NCBI GenBank assembly: GCA_964652135.1
Contig: CAZZAF010000003.1
Coordinates: 4,371-68,370 of the forward strand
Reading direction: 5' to 3'
From: an uncultured archaeon
GTDB lineage: Archaea > Halobacteriota > Archaeoglobi > Archaeoglobales > Archaeoglobaceae
DNA length: 64,000 nucleotides
Position 1 is the stretch's first letter. Each line of letters begins with the position of its first letter. The notes under the pieces were generated by a model. That model was not told the origin of the DNA and ran no database searches. It saw only the letters and a program-made list of their open reading frames with translations. Below, one piece after another: positions 56,935 to 64,000 of this stretch. The position numbers and the translations under genes were made by a program.

Positions 56935-58077
56935 ATGAAGTATCTCCTCCTCATCCCGGACGGGATGGCTGACTGGGAAATACCAGAGATTGGTAATAAG
57001 ACACCTCTTGAAGTAGCTGACACTCCAAACATGGATTTTCTTGCAAGGGAGGGTTCATGCGGGATAGCGAAGACGGTTCCAGAAGGATTTGAACCTGGAA
57101 GCGATATTGCAAATATGACGATTCTTGGAGTTGATCCCCGCAAATACTATACTGGCAGGGGTCCAATCGAGGCTCTGGCTAAGGGTGTTGATGGTAAATT
57201 CATTTTCAGATGTAATCTTGTTTACGTTGAGAATGGCATAATGGTTGATTACAGCGCAGGCAGGATAAGTGACGAGGAGGCTAAAAAAGCCATTGATGCC
57301 TTGAATAAAGCAGTTGAACTGGATTTTGTGAAGTTTTATGCCGGAAGGAGTTATAGAAACTTGCTTGTATTAAACAAGGATTTTGAAGACGAAGTCATTA
57401 CTACGCCTCCTCACGATATCCAGGGTAAACCTATTGCCCGCTACTTGCCAAGAGATGGCGAACTTGCGTCTTTGCTTGTCAACTTGATGAAGTGGTCTCA
57501 GGGTATTCTGCGTAATATCACAGACAAGGCCAACATGATCTGGCCCTGGAGTGGTGGCAGAAAGCCTGCTTTTCCGAAATTTGAGGAAAGGTGGGGTAAA
57601 AGCGGAGTAATGATTTCTGAGGTTGATCTCTTGCAGGGGATTGGTAAGGGATTGGGGCTTGAAGTTGTGGAGGTTGAAGGAGTTACAGGTTACATCGATA
57701 CAAACTACAAAGGACTAGCAAAAGCAACCCTGAAGGGGCTTAAGAATAAGGACTTTGTTGTTTTGCACACTGAAGGAATTGATGAAGCAGGCCACGAGGG
57801 AGATCTGGATAAGAAGATAGAAGGTATTTCGATATATGATGAGAAGATCGTCGGATATTTGCTTGACAGGTTGGATCTCGAAGAAACAAGAATTATGCTC
57901 ATGCCTGATCATCCTACACCTATTAAAGTCAAAACGCATGTTGCTGAACCGGTTCCATTTGTTTTGTACGGGTGGAAGAGGGATGATGTGAGAATCTACT
58001 CTGAGAAAAGCTGCAGAAAAGGGAAGTTTGGATTGATGGATGGGTTGAATCTTATGAAAATTTTGTTTGGTAGATGA
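56935..58077 (+). CDS. apgM: 2,3-bisphosphoglycerate-independent phosphoglycerate mutase, archaeal type
   Basis: [26 protein letters not shown] and MPDHPTP. Confidence 0.9.
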   Translation: MKYLLLIPDGMADWEIPEIGNKTPLEVADTPNMDFLAREGSCGIAKTVPEGFEPGSDIANMTILGVDPRKYYTGRGPIEALAKGVDGKFIFRCNLVYVENGIMVDYSAGRISDEEAKKAIDALNKAVELDFVKFYAGRSYRNLLVLNKDFEDEVITTPPHDIQGKPIARYLPRDGELASLLVNLMKWSQGILRNITDKANMIWPWSGGRKPAFPKFEERWGKSGVMISEVDLLQGIGKGLGLEVVEVEGVTGYIDTNYKGLAKATLKGLKNKDFVVLHTEGIDEAGHEGDLDKKIEGISIYDEKIVGYLLDRLDLEETRIMLMPDHPTPIKVKTHVAEPVPFVLYGWKRDDVRIYSEKSCRKGKFGLMDGLNLMKILFGR

Positions 58078-58300
58078 TTTAATACTCTTTTTTACTCTAA
58101 CATGGTTTGAATATGGTATCGGTTTCCATCTTGGTTAAGTGTTAGGTGGGATGGTGAAAGTGCAGTCGTTTTCCTACTCTATCCGAATTTGAAACACTGT
58201 GTATATAAGCAAATAATAGTTTGTTCATACTCTACACAGGCTATTTCCCCCTATCTTACAAATATCTTCAAATTTTGGCTCCAAAAAATAAGAGTAGAAA

Positions 58301-59092
58301 TCATTTATAAACTAAAACGGCCCTGTTTGAACGCCTTATAACATAATCTGCTACGCTACCAACGTCTCCTTCTCCAGAACCTATTGCAACAAGGGTTGCT
58401 TTTGTCTCTTTAGCGACTTTGAGTATGGTCTTGCCCGGCTTCCCCATCTTTAAGAGAATGTTTGCATTCGGCAGCTCTTTTTTGACACTTTCGATGAATT
58501 CAAAGTCTACTTCATTCTCTACGACATGGAGTGCTACTATCTCTTTTATGGGCAACTTCTTTAGGAATGAAAGTAATTCCTTGGACTTCTCAGATTGGTC
58601 GAAGGCATACAGGACTTTGTCGAATAATCCACCATCAATCTTGAATGTCTTTCCTTCAATTTTGAATTTTGTGATTAAAACTGGAAGTTTTGATGATGCC
58701 ACTACACCCTCCGAAACACTGCCAAGCAAAACCTTTCTCAGCATCCCGTTACCCTTTGCACCCATGAATATCAAATCGACGTTTTCGGCTTCCGCTGCTT
58801 TTACTATTTCATTCACAGGGTCTCCTACAACAGGTTGTAAGTAATCCACTTTCATTCCGGCTTCTTTAAATAGTTTTACATTATCTTCAAGCTTCTTTAT
58901 GGCTCTTTCAGTTAGCGCTTTTACTGCATCATCAAGTGAAACACCGGCAAATGCGTCAACCATCTCTGGGTCGATCTCTATTACGTGCATCAGGATTATT
59001 TCGCAATCCGTAATTTTCTTTAGCTCATTTATTGCACATGAAATCGTTGCTTCAGAATATTTTGAAAAATCTGTGGGAATTAAAACCTTCAT
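58301..59092 (-). CDS. tandem universal stress protein (two USP domains)
   Basis: 263 aa: MKVLIPTDFS...IFMGAKGNGMLRKVLLGSVSEGVVASSKLPVLI, plus a second half ending VAIGSGEGDVGSVADYVIRRSNRAVLV. Confidence 0.8.
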   Translation of the reverse strand: MKVLIPTDFSKYSEATISCAINELKKITDCEIILMHVIEIDPEMVDAFAGVSLDDAVKALTERAIKKLEDNVKLFKEAGMKVDYLQPVVGDPVNEIVKAAEAENVDLIFMGAKGNGMLRKVLLGSVSEGVVASSKLPVLITKFKIEGKTFKIDGGLFDKVLYAFDQSEKSKELLSFLKKLPIKEIVALHVVENEVDFEFIESVKKELPNANILLKMGKPGKTILKVAKETKATLVAIGSGEGDVGSVADYVIRRSNRAVLVYK

Positions 59093-60510
59093 TCTCTATC
59101 ACCTCTTTTAACACTCTCTATCCACCTGTCTAGCCCCTCCATTCCTTCCTTGCTCAGTATCTCTGCAACATCTTTCCTCAGTGAGGTGATCTTTATCAGG
59201 TCGAGCAGGCCATGTGCGAAGGTTCCATGAATGAATGACCAGTAGATTGCCAAGGCAACAACTGCGAGGGATAAAGCTATTCTCGTAATCGGATCGGCGT
59301 GTGGGATTGAAGTTATGAACTTTGGCCATGCGCTTGGGTCTCTGAATAGCAAGTAGTAATTTACAGCCGAGATTGCACCGAATACTATCACCTTCTTAAC
59401 TGATTTCCTATCTTGTCCGGTTGAAACGAGTGCTTTTGAAAGAACTCCAGCTCTTGCAAGTCTCCTCCTCACATTCATCATTGGAATTAGGATCATTGGT
59501 GTAACGGATAGGAAGGCAATTGTCATTATTGGGAGAACTAGTGAGTTAAGTGTGGAGACCATTCTAGGATCGAGTGAGACCCATCCAAGCTTTACTAGAT
59601 AACCTGGAAGTGCACAGGCTCTGCTTACCGTAACAAGAAGCATAACTATTGCCATTGCAAGCTTTACATAGTATGGTCTTACATATGTAGTTCCCACCGC
59701 ACCTATCTGAACTCCAATGAGGGATGCTGCGAGTATCAAGGCAGTCATTCTGAAGTCAACTGCTCCAAGCAAGTAAACCCAAGTAAATGTTCCGGTTGAG
59801 CCCATTACAAATGCGATTCCCAGTTCTGTTCCACTTGCAACGAAGCTTGGTGCACCAATTATGTAAATCATCGATGGAACTCCAATAAATCCACCCACTG
59901 CAATCGTAGCAGCAAGGAAACCAGTTGCAAATCCGGTTGGAATGGTGAGCCAGAGCGATTGTGTTCTTCCAGCTACTTTAAAGCGGATCATCGGTGGAAT
60001 CCTAAACTTCTTCTCCAGCTTTTCTGCAAACTTTGGCTCGGTATCTTCGATTCCATATTTCCTTGCACTTATTGCATCTTTAAGGCAGAGTGCTGCAACT
60101 GATGGAAGGACTATTAGAAAGGCTATGGTGACGTACAGATTCGTTCCCACGGGTCCAAGCATTTCGGCAATCATCTTCTGAACCTGAATACCAACTTGGA
60201 CACCGGCTATTGCTGAAGTAGCCATCAGCAATGCCAGTTTTATATCCAGGTGACCAACTTTATATCTCCTCCAGGCTCCCATCATAGACTTCGGGAATTT
60301 GTGACACATGTTTGAAGCGACTGCAATGGCACCCGGAGCACCTATAGACATCATCCCCGGTGTAAGGACAAACGCTCCACCTGAACCTATGAAACCGCTG
60401 AGCACACCTCCAAATAAACCTAGAGCTAGCAGATATATCACTTCAAATGGACCAATATGTATAAATAAATCCGGAGTAATAGTAACATCGGTCGGTACCG
60501 CCCCCCCCAT
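59089..60510 (-). CDS. TauE/SafE (TSUP) family permease with a C-terminal membrane extension of about 200 aa
   Basis: GVLSGFIGSGGAFVLTP and a second-half repeat GFLAATIAVGGFIGVP. 473 aa, against about 250-300 aa for typical members. Confidence 0.75.
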   Translation of the reverse strand: MGGAVPTDVTITPDLFIHIGPFEVIYLLALGLFGGVLSGFIGSGGAFVLTPGMMSIGAPGAIAVASNMCHKFPKSMMGAWRRYKVGHLDIKLALLMATSAIAGVQVGIQVQKMIAEMLGPVGTNLYVTIAFLIVLPSVAALCLKDAISARKYGIEDTEPKFAEKLEKKFRIPPMIRFKVAGRTQSLWLTIPTGFATGFLAATIAVGGFIGVPSMIYIIGAPSFVASGTELGIAFVMGSTGTFTWVYLLGAVDFRMTALILAASLIGVQIGAVGTTYVRPYYVKLAMAIVMLLVTVSRACALPGYLVKLGWVSLDPRMVSTLNSLVLPIMTIAFLSVTPMILIPMMNVRRRLARAGVLSKALVSTGQDRKSVKKVIVFGAISAVNYYLLFRDPSAWPKFITSIPHADPITRIALSLAVVALAIYWSFIHGTFAHGLLDLIKITSLRKDVAEILSKEGMEGLDRWIESVKRGDRE

Positions 60511-60515
60511 TTACA

Positions 60516-60938
60516 TCACCTCACGATAAGAATTGGTGTTTCGGCTTTACAAAGCAAAGTATCGACATAATCTGTTGAAAACAACCTTCCGAGAAAAGAA
60601 CGTTTGAATTCGACCAGGATAATGTCTGGATTCAGTTGTTTTTCAAGTTTGAGAACTCTTTCGGACACTATTCCGCAGTGGACGCCAAGTATCTCGACGT
60701 TAAATCCCAGGCTCTTTGCTTTTTCTTCTAGCTTTTTGAGAATTTTCATTCCTTCTTCTCTTATTTCGCTGCATTTTCCTTCGAGTTCTATCAGTGCTTC
60801 AGCTGGGCATGGTTCGATATCCTCGACGTATATCATGTGGATAGTCCCTTTGAGTTTCCTTGAAAGTCTCTGTAGACATGCTGGAATCCCTTTCCAGTTG
60901 TCGTTAACAACTGCCAATATCTTTACGTCATCTGTCAT
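60516..60938 (-). CDS. USP-like (adenine nucleotide alpha-hydrolase fold) protein, ATP motif degenerate
   Basis: 140 aa: KILAVVND...IILVEFKRSFLGRLFSTDYVDTLLCKAETPILIV. No clear G-x2-G-x9-G(S/T). Confidence 0.6.
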   Translation of the reverse strand: MTDDVKILAVVNDNWKGIPACLQRLSRKLKGTIHMIYVEDIEPCPAEALIELEGKCSEIREEGMKILKKLEEKAKSLGFNVEILGVHCGIVSERVLKLEKQLNPDIILVEFKRSFLGRLFSTDYVDTLLCKAETPILIVR

Positions 60939-61056
60939 ATTTCTTCATACCTCCTATCTAGGAGTCCGAAGGAGTAAAAACAAAAATAAATTTTTTCATT
61001 TTTGGTTAGTAGTTATTATGATAAGTAAATAACTATTATGAAGATTTAGTATATGA

Positions 61057-61120
61057 TAGAAACTGGTAGTAAACTTCGTGTTGGCTGTAGAAATTGGTAG
61101 TACTAGTGTAAACTTCGTAG
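61057..61120 (+). repeat. operator-like direct repeats between the divergent USP/TSUP operon and the RHH gene
   Basis: TAGAAACTGGTAGTAAACTTCGTG (61057-61080) and TAGAAATTGGTAGTA-ctagt-GTAAACTTCGTAG (61088-61120), with a 31-bp register. A related TGGTTAGTA lies at 61003-61011, and an inverted repeat AGTTATT/AATAACT at 61011-61034. Confidence 0.55.
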
Positions 61121-61193
61121 TAAAATTCACTATATTTTAATATTATTTCGTAGGAAAAAAATTTATTAACCTAAGTCATTCAGCAAGAATGAG

Positions 61194-61745
61194 ATGTCAG
61201 AAAATAACAAACTAATGAGGATATCAGTAGCAGTTGATGAGGAAACACGTAGGGTTATCGAAGACCTTGCTAGAAAGGAAGATAAAACTATATCTGACGT
61301 TATAAGGCATGCGATATTATTTTACTCTAAATTAAGGGATAGAGCCAGAAATATACCTCTTGACGCTGCTGAAGAATATTTGGATATAATTCCAAGTGGC
61401 GATAATATAATCGTAGATATTGAGCTCTGGCTTACGATTCTGGATGAACTCAACAACATTACTTCTGAAGATTTTTGGAATCTGATTGAGAAAATCGGAT
61501 ATAAACACGGTTTTGAATTCAAAAACAGAGGAATAAAGGATATAGAAAAGATTCTCAAATCTCTCGAACTTAAGCATTTGTTTGAGCTGAAAGAAACGGG
61601 AGGGGGTGGATATACTCTGATTCTAACTACGAGAGGTGAAGTTAAGCTGTTGAAGAAGTATATCAAGGGTTTGTTTGAATCTGCTGGTATTGATGTCGAG
61701 ATCGTAGAGGGTATAAGAAAGCTTATAATTGTTAGGAAGGAATGA
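61194..61745 (+). CDS. ribbon-helix-helix (CopG/NikR-like N-domain) regulator with an uncharacterised C-terminal domain of about 130 aa
   Basis: MRISVAVDEETRRVIEDLARKEDKTISDVIRHAILFY is a typical RHH beta-alpha-alpha. TATA-like TATATTTTA at 61131-61139. Confidence 0.7.
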   Translation: MSENNKLMRISVAVDEETRRVIEDLARKEDKTISDVIRHAILFYSKLRDRARNIPLDAAEEYLDIIPSGDNIIVDIELWLTILDELNNITSEDFWNLIEKIGYKHGFEFKNRGIKDIEKILKSLELKHLFELKETGGGGYTLILTTRGEVKLLKKYIKGLFESAGIDVEIVEGIRKLIIVRKE

Positions 61746-61942
61746 AGAGATGGTCTAATATTGGTGTATATCGCTGGGGATCTAATTAGAGATGTCTGCA
61801 GAGGTTTTGAAGGTAGGAAGATTGGAAACTGCTGCTTTTCGTAAATATTTGGGTGGTGTATTGTATTGATTTTTCCATGGGCTGGTGACATGTAATGTTA
61901 ATTGGGTGGAATTATAATGATTAATCGTAGTTTCATACCATT

Positions 61943-61959
61943 CACTACCGTTTCGAAAC
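61943..61959. repeat. inverted copy of the GAAAC-GGTAGT motif merged with a 10-bp palindrome
   Basis: The + strand reads cactaccGTTTCGAAAC. The reverse complement of 61943-61954 is GAAACGGTAGTG. GTTTCGAAAC (61950-61959) is a perfect palindrome. Confidence 0.45.
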
Positions 61960-62010
61960 AATCACGATCTTCGATTAAAATTTATTCACATTTCGTAAAA
62001 TTTAGCAAGC

Positions 62011-62018
62011 TTTATATA
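62011..62018 (+). promoter_or_regulatory. TATA-box candidate for the second TSUP operon
   Basis: TTTATATA lies 47-54 nt upstream of the ATG at 62065. GGAGGG SD at 62051-62056. Confidence 0.45.
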
Positions 62019-62064
62019 CGTTGCTTTGTAGAGAGTTTAGCACATAATACGGAGGGAAAAATAT

Positions 62065-62940
62065 ATGTCGGCTGAATACACATGGTGGTTCTGGCCATTG
62101 GTACTGTTCGTACTGACATTTGTACTAGGGATATTGGCAGTGATGGCAGGAGTTGGCGGTGGTGTATTGTTTGTGCCGATTGTTGGAACGTACTTCCCGT
62201 TTCACATCGACTTTGTAAGAGGTGCTGGTTTAATAGTGGCTCTAACCGGTGCTCTGGCAGCCGGACCCGGTCTTTTACGGTGTAATTTAGCAAACCTCCG
62301 CCTTGCAATGCCATGTGCGCTAATAGCATCAACATTTGCGATAATCGGTGGTATAATTGGTTTGATGCTCTCTAAGGATTATGCGTGGCTTATCAGATTG
62401 TTACTTGGTATTACGGTAATACTCATAGCTATTGTAATATTGAAGGCGAAGAGAGCCGAATTCCCAGAAGTGAAAGAGCCAGACTCACTCTCAAAGGCTC
62501 TGGGAATTATGGGAATCTACTATGATGAAGCATTGGGTAAAGAGGTGGAATGGAAAATCCACAGAACACCACAGTCCCTAGCGATATTCGCGCTTATCGG
62601 TATTATCGCCGGAATGTTTGGGCTCGGCGCTGGCTGGGCGAACGTTCCGGTTTTGAACCTTAGTATGGGTGCACCATTGAAGATCGCTACTGGAACGAGT
62701 AAATTCCTGCTGTCCATCACCGATACATCTGCGGCATGGGTTTACATTAACGGTGGAAGGGTGTTGCCATTGATTACAGTACCATCAGTGCTAGGAATAA
62801 TGCTTGGCTCCTTTGTAGGAGTAAGGGTGCTTGCTAAAGCAAAGCCAAGTTTCGTTAAAATTGTTGTAGTGGCTATGCTGATCCTGGCTGGGCTGAGCTC
62901 GATTTACAAAGGACTAGCTCAGGGAGGATTTTTGGGGTGA
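62065..62940 (+). CDS. TauE/SafE (TSUP) family permease
   Basis: 291 aa with MAGVGGGVLFVPIVG and a second-half GLGAGWANVPVL. Confidence 0.85.
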   Translation: MSAEYTWWFWPLVLFVLTFVLGILAVMAGVGGGVLFVPIVGTYFPFHIDFVRGAGLIVALTGALAAGPGLLRCNLANLRLAMPCALIASTFAIIGGIIGLMLSKDYAWLIRLLLGITVILIAIVILKAKRAEFPEVKEPDSLSKALGIMGIYYDEALGKEVEWKIHRTPQSLAIFALIGIIAGMFGLGAGWANVPVLNLSMGAPLKIATGTSKFLLSITDTSAAWVYINGGRVLPLITVPSVLGIMLGSFVGVRVLAKAKPSFVKIVVVAMLILAGLSSIYKGLAQGGFLG

Positions 62941-62946
62941 TGCCTA

Positions 62947-63360
62947 ATGGCGGTTGAAGTGCCTAAAGAGCAGAAGCTGTATGCAACCCTTCTTTACTGG
63001 GGCTCAATTCTTGGAATTGTAATGCTCGTAGCGACATTCGCTGTCTACGTAATGGGTGTTGTACCGGCATACATCGAACCATCGGAGCTTCCAAAACTCT
63101 GGGAAATATCAATTTACGAGTGGGAACATGTAACAGGAAAGGAGGTTCCAATGGGCTGGGAATGGATCTCAATGCTTGGATACAGTGACTATCTTTGCTA
63201 CATTGGTATAGCATTCCTCGCAGCATTGACCATAATCTGCTACATGGCAATTATCCCGGTATTACTGGCAAAGAAAGATATGGCCTTCGCGGCAATAGCA
63301 GTGATACAGGTTCTAGTCCTATTGCTTGCAATGAGCGGTGTTATCTCAGCCGGACACTAG
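62947..63360 (+). CDS. small membrane protein (DUF1634-like partner of TSUP permeases)
   Basis: 137 aa with 3-4 TM helices. Lies 6 nt after the permease stop. The family name is tentative. Confidence 0.45.
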   Translation: MAVEVPKEQKLYATLLYWGSILGIVMLVATFAVYVMGVVPAYIEPSELPKLWEISIYEWEHVTGKEVPMGWEWISMLGYSDYLCYIGIAFLAALTIICYMAIIPVLLAKKDMAFAAIAVIQVLVLLLAMSGVISAGH

Positions 63361-63398
63361 ATTTTTATTATTTTTTGAGTTTAAATTTCTGTTAAGCT

Positions 63399-63995
63399 TT
63401 ATACTTTGATTTCTTCTACATCATCCAGGATTTGTTTAACATCTACGTCTTTTCTGATGTATTCTATTCTCGCTCTAGTTACAGGATTTTTTGGAACGGC
63501 AGAACAACCCTCATCTTTCATTATTGAAATATCGTACGTTCCAGCTTCTTTGGCAAATTCAATTATTTCCTCCTTGTCAAGACCTATCAATGGTCTCAAA
63601 ATTGGTATTTTTACTGCAGAATCCTCAACGTAGAGATTTGGAACTGTTTGACTTGCCACCTGCCCGAGGCTATCCCCCATTAAAAGTGCATCGCAGCCAA
63701 GTTTTTCTGCAAGCAGTTCTGCTGTTTTAAGCATCGTTCTTTTGCAGTATATGCATGTATATCTCTCATCAATTCCAAGGTTTGTTATGTGTCTAATCAT
63801 TTTTCGGTGAGGAGTCATGAAAAATCTGTTTGATCCATCAAATTCCATTAACTTTGAAACAAGCAGTTTAGTTTTCTCAATCGATTTTGGTCCAAGCGTA
63901 AAGTGAAGATACTCTACATTAAATCCTCTTTTAAGCATGAGGTAACTTGCTACCGGAGAGTCTATTCCTCCGGAAAGTAGAGCAAGAAGTTTCAT
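63399..63995 (-). CDS. ThiI-like PP-loop ATP pyrophosphatase/sulfurtransferase domain protein (no THUMP domain)
   Basis: The protein starts directly with the PP-loop, MKLLALLSGGIDSPVASYLM. It has a CIYCK (CxxC) motif. At 198 aa it lacks the N-terminal ferredoxin-like/THUMP and rhodanese parts. Confidence 0.75.
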   Translation of the reverse strand: MKLLALLSGGIDSPVASYLMLKRGFNVEYLHFTLGPKSIEKTKLLVSKLMEFDGSNRFFMTPHRKMIRHITNLGIDERYTCIYCKRTMLKTAELLAEKLGCDALLMGDSLGQVASQTVPNLYVEDSAVKIPILRPLIGLDKEEIIEFAKEAGTYDISIMKDEGCSAVPKNPVTRARIEYIRKDVDVKQILDDVEEIKV

Positions 63996-64000
63996 GATTC

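Noticed and set aside
61322-61891. 189-aa ORF antisense to the RHH regulator gene
   Set aside because: The translation is Ser/Pro/Ile-rich and low-complexity. It overlaps a gene with a clear RHH motif and has no start context. It is a shadow ORF.
1-64000. Window-wide look for CRISPR arrays, tRNA/rRNA genes, transposases, integrases, toxin-antitoxin pairs and known defence genes
   Set aside because: No ORF-free stretch has regular repeat-spacer periodicity. No GC-rich cloverleaf-like segments occur in the intergenic gaps I read. No transposase, integrase or defence-type domains appear among the ORFs. The scan was done by eye only, so short tRNA-like or sRNA genes could have been missed.

Overview
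Gene-dense segment of archaeal chromosomal core: about 70 CDS, with many 1-20 nt overlaps between neighbouring genes. The gene set includes an archaeal histone, an archaellin with a class III signal peptide, GatE, RtcB, ApgM, archaeal-type PPAT, Trm10 and a TIGR01210/RaSEA-type radical SAM enzyme. It also includes a DHPS-like pterin enzyme, the AcnX/UbiD genes of the archaeal mevalonate pathway, and several TauE/USP genes. Together with the moderately AT-rich composition (by eye), this looks like a hyperthermophilic euryarchaeon, possibly Archaeoglobales. That is a guess I could not verify. I found no rRNA, tRNA, CRISPR array, transposase/integrase or recognisable defence island.

Main blocks:
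- Branched-chain amino acid genes: cimA/leuA, ilvB, ilvN, and later ilvE, an ACT protein and hom.
- RNA and tRNA modification or repair: rtcB, NSUN methyltransferase, Trm10, nfi, RaSEA-like, ThiI-like.
- CoA, purine and pterin metabolism.
- A UbiD - AcnX-large - AcnX-small trio followed by an S2P protease and a divergent FtsZ-like gene.
- A terminal locus with two TauE/SafE permease modules, USP proteins and an RHH regulator.

Observations most worth follow-up:
1. A 27-codon leaderless mini-ORF lies 30 nt upstream of ilvB. Its C-terminal half is almost pure Ile/Leu/Val, the layout of a leader peptide.
2. An FtsZ-fold paralogue has lost the GGGTGxG signature.
3. A repeated DNA motif set is shared by both intergenic regions flanking the RHH regulator in the TSUP/USP locus.
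4. A TsaA::dUTPase-like fusion sits in a tightly overlapping four-gene operon.
5. A PHP phosphoesterase and a KaiC-like ATPase appear translationally coupled.

All family assignments come from reading motifs by eye. No database search was run.
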